Below the pieces are notes generated by a model. The model was not told where the DNA came from. It saw only the letters and a program-made list of their open reading frames with translations, and searched no databases. A stretch of 63,696 nucleotides of DNA, filler included, from Octopus bimaculoides (Eukaryota): assembly GCF_001194135.2 (NCBI RefSeq). It is 8 parts of 8 records of this genome, joined end to end, with 100 filler letters (N's around TTAATTAATTAA, not from the genome) between each part and the next. Parts side by side here need not be neighbours in the genome. Positions count along the whole stretch, not along the records: positions 47,738 to 56,229 come from NC_068983.1; positions 56,330 to 59,364 come from NW_026353253.1; positions 59,465 to 63,696 come from NC_068992.1; 5 more parts are not named here. One strand, 5' to 3'. This document shows positions 50,305 to 62,494 of the stretch, in pieces (within the stretch, counting starts at the first letter, position 1; each line of letters opens with the position of its first letter). The translations under genes and the position numbers were made by a program.

Positions 50305-52721
50305 CTGAATTGTATAGATAAATACAGAGGAATATCAACGGAAAATGAAGACAGTCAGTGATAAATCAAATCTAGTTGTGAAAGTATTTCAGACAAAGTG
50401 TGAAGACTAAGTTTCTGTCTGTATTTTACTACAATAGCCCCAAAATTACCGACTTCACACAATGTATGATGGCCCCTCACCACCAGAATCGGTTTTGCTG
50501 AGACTTGATTCTTTTTTATACCACGTCACTACAATCTTCATATCAGTTGATATTTTTAGAGACTTTTTATTGTCACTGGGTAACAATTTAATTAGATGAG
50601 TTATTGCAACTATGTAGTCTTAAGTTAACCATATGACACAACTAGTTGGGTGACTGACTACCTTAGGTGATGCGTGACCTACAGATCCATTGCTTCGGAT
50701 ATACCATGCCTCCACCTAATTGAGGACTACGTTATGCATTATAACATGCTCTGGTTCATTTCACGGAGCACAATAAAGCAATCCGAGCGTGTTGCTGACC
50801 AATTTGCTTTTATCTGCCCGTTGACTATTGCAGTGGCTTCAAAGGAGGCGAGTGAGATGAATTCCGTCGGAACATATCAGCCTATGTTCTTCTATGCTTA
50901 CTTGTGGTAATTATGCATCCCAGCACATTGTTTACCGAGTAATTCGATTATTAATACTGCTACAATTTATATATATNNNNNNNNNNATATATACATTTTG
51001 TGCTTGCTTGATTGAGTCGAAGGGTTAGTGGTTTTAGAGAGGTAGTGTTCTAGATTTCTAAGTGTTTAGAAGCGACTGTATGAGTAGTGTACGAACTGCA
51101 TGTACCGGAATCTGGTGTAATTATCAACTGTCTTGATTGCTTTTAATTTTGGAAACAGTGCTGTCTTTATGTGTCATACGAATGTGGTTTGCATGCAGCC
51201 TGTTTTGTTAGTAGTGAAAAAAAAGGGGGTGGGGACAAAATTTCACTGATATAATTCGTAATGCTTCTAATATCTTGTATCTGTGTTTTAAATGAATGTG
51301 CTTGAGGGCTCCTAGTGTACTGGACAGTAGTTTTGCTTTCTTGAGTAAGTCTGCTGTGCGTGTTGCAAAGATGTTTTACATCGATAGAGGACAGCGTCAG
51401 TAACTTTTGCAGAGCCTCCTAGACTGACGGTAGAAATGGACGAGACCCCAAGATTCATGGATTGCTTCAGTAAGAAGTAGTACATAAAGAAATCGAATTA
51501 TCCTCGGATCAAAGACGTGGCCTGAATACTTGCAGTAGAATTCAGATGGTGATATTAAACAGAGAGACAGATGGTGATATTAAACAACTCCACAGAAACA
51601 GATACAGTTCGACGAGCTTCCGCACACATTCATGGTTTTGCATTGACTTGATACTACCGTAGAAAATACTTGCTCAAGATGACACGCATGGATGAATGTG
51701 GTGGCTTAAGTTCATGTTCTGACATAGAGAAAAGAATATGTGGATTGTGATCACAAGGTTAAGTCATTCTAAAATTTTTGTAGGATATACTTATGAAGGG
51801 AGATAGGTCTGTAATATTACTGCAGATGTGTTTTTTTTTAATTTAGAATTGTTTATTTTTTTGCCAACTTTCGATATACTGGTTATATGGCAATGCTGAT
51901 ATGAGTGGGGGAAAACATTAGTAAGTGCAATAATTTCTTCAAGTTCGAGATTTTATCTGTATGTTGTACGTTTGTGGAAATATCAGGAACTGACCGATGC
52001 TTTCCTGATTTTCCTCTTGCTTTTCGACAGCTTGATAAAGGGAAAGGATCAAAGTTGTGATTGAAGTGAGAGCTATTTGTATATTAGCTTCTGTATTCCT
52101 ATCTTCCATGTGCGACGGCTTTAAATGCTGATTCTTGATGAAGAGATTAACTTATTGTTGAATGTAGGTATGTTACTTGAAGTTATTGCGGTGACGCGTG
52201 ATGTTGTGTACACGGTTTCTAAAGTGGTTTAAACTGGTAATTTCTTTGTGAAAACATTTTATTGCTTGTATTTGTGATTTACGTTAAACAGGCATAGCAG
52301 TTTTCTACTTTTCCTTGTTCTACTTTCTTTGTTTAGTTGTTTACTACTAAGTTTTGTTTCTTTTGTGCATGGTGTTGGCAGCTTGCGTTTCACGTTGTCC
52401 ATATTTTTTCCTTATATGCCGAACTACGTCAATAATATAATCATGGCTGTATTGTATAAACTTTCATTGTGGGATATGTTTTTAGAGACAACTACAGTAA
52501 CTTTGTTAAATGTAGAGCAAACTATATATTTTTTTACCTCGATTATCAGGGTGTTGTTTAGTCCCAACTCAGCCCTGATTGAAAGGCCCTTAATCAGGGC
52601 CTTCGAAAGAAATAAGAGAAAACAGATAAAAAATTACTTTCAGGACCGGAAACGTGGAGACGAGAGACTCCTTCAAAATTCATAAAAAAAAAAAAAATTT
52701 ATGGATAGACCCGCAGATATA

Positions 52722-53115
52722 TTGGGTTGGTAAAAAAAGTTCGCAGCATTTTTAAATAAAATTTATTAACAATATTTATATAGTTGTACATACCTTTACG
52801 CAACCACATACTTCCCATTTTGTTCCACTACCTTTCGCCATCTTTGAAGCAGCTTCATGATCCCACCCTCCTAAAACTTGGTATTTTTCTGGGTTATGAA
52901 CTGGTCTAAGTAGTTTTTGTTACCCTCTTTTAAAGAATTAAAGCTCTCCCCATTAAGAGAAGTTTGCAGGGATCAGATTAAATGATAATCCAAAGGTGCA
53001 AAGTCGGGTGAGTAGAAAATACATATATGTCATATGTTCCTGTCACATGATAAAACAGATTACATGGTTAAACATCACGAGTTGAAAAACGCTACGAACA
53101 TTTTTACCAACCCAA
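52722..53115 (-). mobile_element. 394-bp internally deleted mariner (MITE-like) with both TIRs
   Basis: TA-flanked TIRs ttgggttggtaaaaaaagttcgcagcattttt and aaaaacgctacgaacatttttaccaacccaa. Internal YSPDFAPLDYHL...KLLQRWRKVVEQNGKY. Confidence 0.88.
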
Positions 53116-53190
53116 TAGATTCCTTCTTGTCTGTCTGGGCCCCAAACTCATGTACCGATTGAACACCTCACTTATCGTGCTGCTTATGAT

Positions 53191-53310
53191 CAGGACATTT
53201 CATCAGTGACTATCTTTTATTCAGACTATCTTTTATTCAGACTATCTTTTATTCAGACTATCTTTTATTCAGGACATTTCATCAGTGACTAATCTTTTAT
53301 TCAGACGTTT
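53191..53310. repeat. 16-bp tandem repeat (cagactatcttttatt)n inside a 32-bp direct duplication
   Basis: Directly visible. Confidence 0.85.
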
Positions 53311-53339
53311 ATTTGAATCTACAATTCAAATAAACGAAT

Positions 53340-53500
53340 AATAACATCGACGATAAAACAACAAGAGGACGTACACAAGAAGTGTATTAGTGTGACGCCC
53401 AGTAAAAAGAGAGAATTTCTGACGTTTCAAGCATAGCTCTTTGTCAGTAAGGAGAAAGAGAGAAACCCAAAGAAAGAAAAGAAATCGTCAACAGCACGTG
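53340..53500 (-). repeat. Third, older copy of the hammerhead-like repeat
   Basis: Minus strand CTGACAA-A-GAG-ctatg-CTT-GAAAC-GTC followed by gggcgtcacactaatac. The differences are consistent with CpG decay. Confidence 0.45.
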
Positions 53501-54794
53501 TGTAGTTACATTGCTGAAGTGTAGTTACATTGCTGAAGTGTAGTATACCTACAACTACTTTATTTCAATTAATTATTTCTTTTTTAGGGTAGTAATTTGT
53601 AATCTGAAGAATATAGCTGATTGTCTTGTGAGCGAGAGATTTTAATTCCCAACTGCACTTCTAACATAACAAATTAATCTTTTGAGTATTCCATTTGAGT
53701 ATCCCAGTTAAAATATAAAGGTTTTTATAGTTAACGGAAAAAAATCGCCAATATTTTCATATAAATGATAAGAATCCGATACAGAATTTGGGAGCTGAAA
53801 CAATTTGAATTATATTCTTTAGTTTGATGGTCCATACTTTTTACAAGAGATCGATATTGCTATCGTAAGATTTGAATTAGATTAAATAAACATCGCTAAT
53901 ATGCTAATGTCGAGTCACTAGACCGAATCATAACCTGAGCAGAACATGGATTGAGGAGGATAGTAGATTGATAGAATCATTAGCGAGCTGGATAGAACGT
54001 TTTGTACTAATTAGCTATGTTCCCTTGCGTTTTGAGGTCAGTTCCTACTGAGGGTCAACTTTTGTTGTCTTTCATACGGATGTCAACAAAATAAGTACTA
54101 ATCAAGTACTGGAATCGATATAATTGTCTACCTGCCCCACCACACACACATACATAAATGTGAGATAGTACTCGTATTAGAAATCATTATTACATGAAAT
54201 CTTCAGACTCCACCAACAGCACTCCTACCAGTACCGCCCCTACTACGAAAGTAAGAGTGATAATCAATAATTTGATTTTAGTTGAAAAATCTTTATGCAA
54301 TATGAGACTTCTTTAGGGCTCCTAATTAATTTGCACCAATTAAATGATACAGCTTTTGTTTGTTTATTAAACTTTATATCTTCATAATCAATATTATATA
54401 TCGATCAGTGTATAAATAGCTAGTCGTTATTCGGATGTTATGCATATACGCTATACAAATATATACACAGACACTCACAGATTTCAATCTAAGATTTCTG
54501 ACAAGGCAAAATTTAAAGCAAAATGTTATCACAACACGAAAATCTGTCAAATACATAAAGAAGCTGTTTGCTTTATAAAACCTGATTTCCTTTGCCTCCT
54601 TTCACTTGCAAATATTTCTTCACGGTCTGACGCTAAAAGAAATCGATTCGCAAATTTAACCACAAACAAAAAGGCTTTGGAGTGGTAAGAAACAGTCATT
54701 ATTTGTAAGGATGTAGTACAAGCACGCAGTAATAAATGGTTCTGATTTAGGCAGCAGGCCAGCAATTTTTCAAGGAGAGGCTTAGTTGACAATT

Positions 54795-54875
54795 GAACTC
54801 AGAATGTAAAGTGTAGGAATAGACACCGATGGTATTTTGTCCGACGTTCTAACGATTCCGCCAGCACACTGCCTT
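54795..54875 (-). mobile_element. SINE family A, 5' fragment
   Basis: Reverse complement of ggcagtgtgctggcggaatcgttagaacgtcggac...gagttcaattgtc. Confidence 0.7.
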
Positions 54876-54979
54876 AGCTAAAATAATAATTATTTCTAAT
54901 TTATGCAGAAAGCTACAGATTCACAGAAAGGCTGTGCAAGGATGTGTAATCGATTAAATCAACCACCGAACTTGACTGG

Positions 54980-55325
54980 TACAACGTAAATCCCAGGAAT
55001 TTCCACAGTTTTTCAGGAGAGATATATTTATTTCAAAGAAGTACAAACCGCTAATATCCGTCAATGTAGGACCCTCTGACTTCATTACACTTGTTATAGC
55101 GCCCAAACTCATCGTGAACGCCCTGTGTAAGTTTTCCAAAGTGAGGGTTCCCAGGATGCTTGTCGCAGCCTCCTTCTTCTCTTTTAGCTTTGGGAACAGC
55201 CAAAAGTTACAGGGAGCCAGGTCTAGACTGTGGGGAGGGTGAGGGATAGTTTTTATGCTCAAACCTATCAAGTAGTTGGTTACCAGGATGGAATTCTAAA
55301 CTGGTGCATTGTCCTGGTGCAGGTG
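54980..55325 (-). mobile_element. Mariner transposase C-terminal fragment
   Basis: LHQDNAPV...IKTIPHPPHSLDLAPCNFWLFPKLK...RYNKCNEVRGSY. Confidence 0.8.
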
Positions 55326-55339
55326 CTCTGGCCTTTTGC

Positions 55340-56210
55340 GATAACATCTCTTTAACTCCATTTGTTATGTTTTCTGTTAATTTTCCCTTTGTTATGTTTT
55401 TTGTTAATTTTCCCTTTGTTATGTTTCCGCCAAATTTTTTTCCTTTGCTCTGTTCTTTCTGTTCAATCCTTTAAATGCTTATGTAACGCAATGCACTCCC
55501 TATCTGTTTACTTAATTGTAAAAATATTCTTTGAATATTTATTGTGCGACTCATACACTGTTTCTTTCCTTTCTCCCCTTTTACCTTTTCTCTCTCTCTC
55601 TCTCTGTTTCCCTCTCTCTTATTCTCTTTCGTTCTTCAATCCTTCTGTCCTCTACAACACTTCCTCTCTCTTACCACTACTACGTAATCGGTGTCAACCT
55701 GACGCAGTGTCGTTCTTTTTCGTTTTCCCTTTGGACCAGTCCGGTCATGTCTGTCTGGGCTTGTTGCTCTGTCGCTTAGAACTTTTTACATTTCTCCTTT
55801 GTGTTATCTCACTACGTCCAATAGCCGAAAAGCCTTATTTAGTTGTATGTTGTATACGCATAATTATTCTTTTTCTGCTTTATTTGTATAATTATTTTAT
55901 TTTTCTTGTATACGTACAATTGTTATATTTCTTTAGTTTGTCTTGTTTGCTTTTGTCCTTGTATACATTCGTTAGCTATTCCCAGAGGTTTCCTACCCTG
56001 GCGCTGCGAAGACGGAGTAGTATCAATGTTAAAAGCGCGAAACCACTAGGATGTCTTGAACATTGATTGATGAGGAATCAGCTGCGAATTTTCCGTGTAT
56101 TATGTTTTCGTCTACTTTCCGTTTGTTACGTTTTTGTTAATTTTCCGTTTGTTATCTTTTCGTCAAATTTTCCCCTTTTTTGTATTCTTTGTATTCGACC
56201 CTTGATATAT
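55340..56210. repeat. About 870-bp unit bounded by about 85-bp imperfect direct repeats
   Basis: tttgttatgttttttgttaattttccctttgttatgtttccgccaaatttt (about 55387-55475) versus tttgttacgtttttgttaattttccgtttgttatcttttcgtcaaatttt (about 56122-56205). The first copy also has an internal 27-bp tandem duplication. Confidence 0.5.
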
Positions 56211-57145
56211 ATATATATATATATATATANNNNNNNNNNNNNNNNNNNNNNNNNNNNNNNNNNNNNNNNNNNNTTAATTAATTAANNNNNNNNNNNNNNN
56301 NNNNNNNNNNNNNNNNNNNNNNNNNNNNNATATATATATGTATATATAAATTACACGATGCTGGTGTCTACCTTCTATGTATATATGAATGTGTGTGTGT
56401 GTACATGTAGTAATAGTAGTAGTAAGGGTAGGTAGGTAGGTAGGTAGCAATGTCGTGTAAAAATGGTGATTTATGGAAGGAGACAAATTTGGCATTGAAA
56501 ATGCAAAACTAATCACAAGATTATAATTATGGTTGTCTGCTAGAATATAATCCGAAAGATGTGGAGGTAGCGGTGTGAGGCATGTGATGTGGTGAGGGAT
56601 GTAGGGGGGAGGGGATGAGGAAGAACACTGCCAGTTTCTCTCATCCTTTTTCAAGTTTCTTCAATCAGAATCTTCTGACAATTTCTTCAGACACATACCA
56701 GCCTTTGTTTACGATATGCTGACAGGATCGAATCTCGAGTTAAGCCGAGAGAATATCAGAGATGCTAAATGGGAGCGGTGTCTAGTTTCAGACAAACTCT
56801 GGTGGTTCCCATGGTCGCGTTTGTTAGAGGAAGGAGTGAGTTATCATCATCATCATCGGCCTCCTCCTCCTCCTCCTCCTCCTCCTCCTCCTCNNNNNNN
56901 NNNNNNNNNNNNNNNNNNNNNNNNNNNNNNNNNNNNNNNNNNNNNNNNNNNNNNNNNNNNNNNNNNNNNNNNNNNNNNNNNNNNNNNNNNNNNNNNNNNN
57001 NNNNNNNNNNNNNNNNNNNNNNNNNNNNNNNNNNNNNNNNNNNNNNNNNNNNNNNNNNNNNNNNNNNNNNNNNNNNNNNNNNNNNNNNNNNNNNNNNNNN
57101 NNNNNNNNNNNNNNNNNNNNNNNNNNNNNNNNNNNNNNNNNNNNN

Positions 57146-57390
57146 CGATTTCCGGATCGGGCGGCGCGTTGTGTTCTTGTGCAAAAACACATCATTTGAC
57201 GCGAATCCAGTCCATTCAGCTGTAAAAGGGTTACTCTGCAGCGGAATTTGCCCTCCGATCAGGGGCAATGTTGGCCTACTAACCTAGCCAGCGGGGTGAC
57301 AACATTCGAAGGCTAAAACGATTACAAAGCGCATTGTGACAAGCGATGTATAACAATATCTGAAGTCTGGTCGATCACAGGATCACGATT
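57146..57390 (+). mobile_element. SINE family C-related, head partly in gap
   Basis: cgatttccggatcgggcggcgcgttgtgttcttgtgcaaaaacac...ccagtccattcagctgtaaaaggg. Confidence 0.55.
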
Positions 57391-57395
57391 ATTAG

Positions 57396-57840
57396 CAAGG
57401 TGGCGAGCTGGCAGAATCGTTAGCACGCCGAGCAAAATACTTAGCTGCATTTCGTCCGTCTGTACGTTCTGAGGTCAAATTCCGCCGAAGCCGACTTTGC
57501 CTTTCACCATTTCGGGATCGATAAAATAAGTACCAGTTGAACACTGGGGTCGATGTAATCGACTTATTCCCGCCCCAATATTTCAGGCCTTGTGCCTGTT
57601 GTAGAAAGGATTATTATTATTATTATTAATGAGGCAGCGAGATGGCAGAATTGTTAACATACCGGGCAAAATTCTCAGCTGTATTCAAATTCTGCCGTGG
57701 TCGACTTTGCCTCTCATCCTTTCGGGGTCAATAAATTAAGTACCAGTTAAGCACTGGGGGGTCGATGTAATCGATTCAACAGCTTTCTCTAAAATTTCAG
57801 GCTTTGTGCCTATAACACAAACGATTATTATTATTATTAT
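57396..57840 (+). mobile_element. Two head-to-tail copies of SINE family A with (ATT)n tails
   Basis: Copies at about 57396-57628 and 57631-57840. Confidence 0.85.
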
Positions 57841-58418
57841 GAGTGTTCAACACTCGGTAGTTCCAGGCAAATTTCTACTGCATCATCTATTACACCTCCG
57901 TCTTGCTGGGGAGTGTGCAGCATTGTGTGTTTTTTTCTGTTGTTGGGAGTGTGCAAACTCTTCCCGGTATTGTACTGCGTCAGTTTTTTTCTATCTTGAG
58001 GTGTGGTGCAGTATTCTGCTGTATTGCTGTTTGTATTGTGTGTTGAGTGTGCAATGAGTTGGTTAATCGGATTGCTGGTGGAAGTTTATTTCACTGGATA
58101 ATTGCTGTATAGAGTGTTTGTGGGTTGTTTTGTTTAGGTTGTCTCATTGAATTGATAGTGTCTTGCACAGGACGTGGGCTGTTCTTAGCAGGGCTATTTT
58201 TTGGATAGTGTGTAGTGTTGAAGATCCATGTATAGCTTCTATGTTTTTACTCGCATGTTTTTTTTTAAATCATACCCAATGCTCCAGTTATTGTTGGTAT
58301 TGTTTTCACCTTCATGTCCCACAACTTGAACACTTCAATTTCTAGGTCTTCATACTTCGAAAATTTATCCATTTCTTTTTTTGGGCAATAGTTTGATCAG
58401 AAGGGACTGCAGGTGTTT
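57841..58418 (-). mobile_element. Second R4/Dong-like REL retrotransposon 3' end
   Basis: AVPSDQTI..KFSKYEDLEIEVFKLWDMKVKTIPTITGALG...QKIALLRTAHVLCKTLSIQ* (stop 58144-58146). About 300-nt 3' UTR, with (TAA)n-type tracts on both flanks. Confidence 0.8.
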
Positions 58419-58482
58419 CCCCCCCCCCCAATCCTACAATAATAATTATAATTATTATTATTATTTTTATTGTTATTATTAC

Positions 58483-58720
58483 AGTGGTGAGCTGGTAGAA
58501 TCGTTAGGGTGCAGGACAAAAATGCTTGGCTACATTTCCCCCATCTTTACATTCCTAGTTCAAATTCCGCTGGGGTCGACTTTGCCATTCGCCCTTTTCG
58601 GAGTCGATAAAATAAGTACCAGTTGAGCACTGGGGTCGATATAATCGACAATCCCCTTTCCCCAATATTTCAGGCCTTGTGCCTCTAGTAGAAACGATTA
58701 TTATTATTATTAATAATAAT
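58483..58720 (+). mobile_element. SINE family A with (ATT)n tail
   Basis: gtggtgagctggtagaatcgttagg...gccttgtgcctctagtagaaacgattattatt. Confidence 0.85.
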
Positions 58721-59474
58721 AGAAGAAGAAGGAGAAGGCGGGTGTAATGTCGAATGAATAGAGTAATGCCACCCAAGGAGTATGTGAGGGTGTGTCTGTG
58801 TAGTGTTTTCTTTGAAACTTGTTAACATCATACACGTGTTCGCTGACAACCCTCCCAGTCCCAGCTCCACTACCACATAGCACCGTTCAGCTCAGCGACC
58901 TCCCACCCCGACTCATTCCTGTAAATGGTGTTTGTGAGGGGTGGGGAATTCTAGTGGAAAAACAGGGTAAACAACAACACCACCACCACCAACAACAATA
59001 GCAGCATCATAAACATGAACAACATACACATCAACAGCGTATACATTAACATTAACATCAACAGCAACATACAAACAAACAGAAGAGACCAGAACAAGAG
59101 AAAAGTTAACAACGACAACAAACAACGCTAAAACAAAGCATGAAGACTTGTAGAGAAAATAAATTACATACGTCAGCTAACCAGGTCTCCTCCTCCCTCA
59201 CCAGCTCTCCTCCTCCTCCCCTACACAGATTTATCGTACAACGACTTGCTTCAACCAACCCTATCGAGGGTGCATATACATACATACATACATACATACA
59301 TGTGTGTGTGTGTGTGTATATATGCATACATGTATATATGCATACATGTATATATGCATACATGNNNNNNNNNNNNNNNNNNNNNNNNNNNNNNNNNNNN
59401 NNNNNNNNTTAATTAATTAANNNNNNNNNNNNNNNNNNNNNNNNNNNNNNNNNNNNNNNNNNNNATGAGGGGCT

Positions 59475-59600
59475 GTGATGAGTTTCCGTCAAACAAATCT
59501 ACTCACAAAGCTTTTGTTGAACTGAGGTTATAGTAGAAGACACTTGTTGAAATTTCCACGCATTGGGACTCAACAACGGAACTATGAGGTTGGGAAAATC
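59475..59600 (-). mobile_element. SINE family B head, degenerate
   Basis: Reverse complement of ttcccaacc...gttgagtcccaatgcgtgg...caagtgtcttctactataacc. Confidence 0.65.
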
Positions 59601-60423
59601 AAACTGTGTCCCCTTTGAAGCACATCTGCTTATTCCAGTATTGCAATGCAGCATGCAGTTGTTGCCATTGGTGTGAGGTGCATATTAAAGTTGAAAATTC
59701 TGGGAATATGGTTTGCCGAGTTATTATATAACAAAACAGTGTTGGGAAAATATTTTGGTATTATTTATTCACCATTACACATGTTTCATTTGCTAACAGA
59801 AGTTACACAGTTGTACATAATGGATAAACATGTATGAAATTTCATACATGCACACACATACATAGACATATACATACACACATGCATACATACATATAGA
59901 CAGAGACAGGAACAGTTATATCCACAGATACGCGTGAACACGCATACTGGCATAATGTCACACACACATATACACATATACCCACACATGCGCATACATA
60001 GATACACATCCACAAATACATAGGAGAAAACATGCCAACACTCACACACATCTATACATATGATGTATACAAGATCAAACGCATGTTCAAGTCGAAATGG
60101 ACAAACAGATTTATGGATGTACATACTTACATATGTACATACAAACACGCACACTTGCGTGCACACACACATATATATGTATATAATATTAATAATGATT
60201 AAGAGAACGGAGAGTTTCATCATGGTCGGTTCAGTTATCGTCAGCCACCAAGGGACATGCTCAACTGGTTAAGATCAAACAACTGACAAGCAAATCTGTG
60301 GTATTAAGCAGAATATTTGCTGTAGCCCATCTTTTATACCAAGACTAACAATGTACATGATAACACCTCCAATCAATTAAGATCAGAAGTCATGAGAGCC
60401 ACTGCCTGGTACTGCATCCGGGC

Positions 60424-60428
60424 TATTA

Positions 60429-60511
<83 letters not shown>
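60424..60511. repeat. (TTA)n microsatellite, the tail/target of the REL element
   Basis: Directly visible. Confidence 0.95.
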
Positions 60512-60514
<3 letters not shown>

Positions 60515-61043
60515 TAGTCTTATTTTTATAACGTGCTTTCACTGCACTACCGGCCGCAGCTCTGTGTGCCTTGGGTATGTGCTGTACTTTGTTGTGATGC
60601 TTTTATAGTCATTGTATTCAAAGTGTCTTACGTAGGATACGTGCGGTGCNNNNNNNNNNTGCTTTTATAGTGTCTTTCGTAGGATACGTGCGGTGCCTAG
60701 TAGTGCTATTTTCTGTATGTTATATATATTTGTTAGTCCTGGTGTTTTTTATGTATTTGTCTGTATTTTTTTAATCATTCCTAATGCGCCCACTATGATA
60801 AGAATTGTTTATGTTTTCAGATTCCATATTCGAGTTACCTCTATTTCCAGGTTTTTTAATTTTGAAAGTTCCTCCATTTCTTTTAGAGAAACGTTGTCAT
60901 CTGTTGGTATTGATACATCAGTTAGAAAGAATTTTTTTGTTTCTTGATGACCTCTACTAACTATATCTGGTCTACTGGCCTTAATTTCTCTCTTTGTGTA
61001 TTGGCATATCCCATAGTATTGTTGATTTCTCATTTTCTGTGAT
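60512..61043 (-). mobile_element. 5'-truncated R4/Dong-like (REL endonuclease) non-LTR retrotransposon 3' end
   Basis: ENEKSTILWDMPI, RPDIV, TDVSIPTDDNVSLKE..LSKLKNLEIEV..IW, IIVGALG, GTARILRKTL*. About 106-nt 3' UTR then (TAA)n. Confidence 0.82.
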
Positions 61044-61700
61044 ATAGTGTATATTACCATTTTTGGCGAACAGGTAAAATTATGTTTTATGATAAAATTC
61101 TGTCCTGATATAAATTTATACGTTTTGTCTTGAATGAGGTTAATGCAAGCCCCACAGTTAAAGTGACCATGCTTTTTGACTGCTGGTGTAGGGGTTTTGG
61201 AGGATAATTTAGCGCTGGTGAGTAGGTTTTTTAGGTCTTTTATTGTCTTTTGCTTCTGATAATTTTGTGTATTTCGAGTGCTTGTTTCATTCTTCAATCG
61301 TCACATTAGTGGAATGTTCCAACAGATAATGATGTAAACCTTAGCGTTTGGGGGGCTATGTGTTGTAATAAATGATATATTATTGAATGTATTTGAAGTG
61401 TTTTTTTTCTTTTTCATAATTCAGGAATATCTATTGATTTGATACTTTCTATTCCATTGTCTATTAACATTGAAGGATATTGTCTTTCAAATAGTATCTC
61501 CGTTAATTCCTGGTATCTTTTATTACGAGTTTCAAAATTTGAAATAATTGTGAAGATACTTCTTGTTAGATTAAAGGGAGCGTTACTCTGCGTCTGTTTG
61601 GGATGATACGGAGACCAGCAGGTATTGTTTAGAATCAATTGGTTTGTAGTGAATGTCTGTTTTAATGGCTGTTTCTGTTTTGATGATCCAGGAATGCTAG
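61044..61700 (-). mobile_element. Penelope-like (Neptune-type) fragment: RT C-terminus and start of GIY-YIG domain
   Basis: PYHPKQTQSNAPFNLTRSIFTIIS...LFERQYPSMLI, then CGACINLIQD...HNFTCSPKMVIYTI. Confidence 0.75.
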
Positions 61701-62177
61701 TTGATTTTTACTGTATTCTATGATGAAGTTAGCGGGAAACTTTCATAATGCCTCTGGTGGTCAAGGAAATCTCACTAAGCTGACAATAAATTAGGGATGG
61801 TAGCAGACCAGAAAATAAACATGCATTCATTATTATTATTATTGGCGTAATGACCTCCAAACACAGGGTTTGCTTCAACGCATGCATTCGCACCAAGAAG
61901 CTTGTAAACCAAATACAAAAACGTTCTATGTCCTTTTTGAGTTATTTTCTTAGTGTGAGGATATGTAATTATTTTGTGTTTTCTGCCTATGATACAACAC
62001 CTTATAATACATATAGATTTAAATATCTTTACACATATATATATATATATACAAATAATTGCAGACACACGCGTGCATATATACTATATATGTGTATATG
62101 TGTGTTTTTATGTGTGTACGCATGCATGTATTTAAACACATATAGGCAATACATATATATACATGCATATACATATA

Positions 62178-62460
62178 TGTGTGGTAAGTAGCTTGCTTAC
62201 CTATCACATAGTTCTGGGTTCAGTCCCACTGCGTGGCACCTTGGCCAAGTGTCTTCTACTATAGCCTCAAGCCGACCAGAGCCTTGTAAGTGGATTTCGT
62301 AGACGGAAACTGAAAGAAACCCTTCGTATATATGTATATATGTTTGTATATATATATGTGTGTGTGTGTTTGTGTGTCTATATTTGTCCCCCAAATATCG
62401 CTTGACAACCGATGGTGGTGTGTTTACGTCCCCGTAACTTAGCGGTAAAAGAGTAAAAGC
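62178..62460 (+). mobile_element. SINE family B, head + body, runs into (TA)n/gap
   Basis: gtgtggtaagtagcttgc...gggttcagtcccactgcgtggcaccttggccaagtgtc...tttgtcccccaaatatcgcttgacaaccgatggtggtgtgtttacgtcccc. Confidence 0.85.

Positions 62461-62494
<34 letters not shown>

Noticed and set aside
50674-50910. 78-aa + strand ORF with phase-2 splice-like ends
   Set aside because: Splicing from the SLC22 TG| end gives TG|A = stop, and the peptide is not SLC22-like.
51950-52300. Possible decayed GIY-YIG remnant on the minus strand
   Set aside because: Motifs are too eroded to support by eye.
55362-56066. 234-aa hydrophobic ORF
   Set aside because: Low-complexity T/C-rich sequence with internal tandem repeats, a TTG start and no recognisable domain.
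59639-59757. Possible downstream SLC22 exon (..TVLGKYF)
   Set aside because: Only a 3-residue resemblance to LGKF, with poor TM character and several joins away from the real exons.
60590-60700. Direct duplication of the REL ORF end across a 10-N gap
   Set aside because: Most likely overlapping contig ends (haplotype or assembly artefact).
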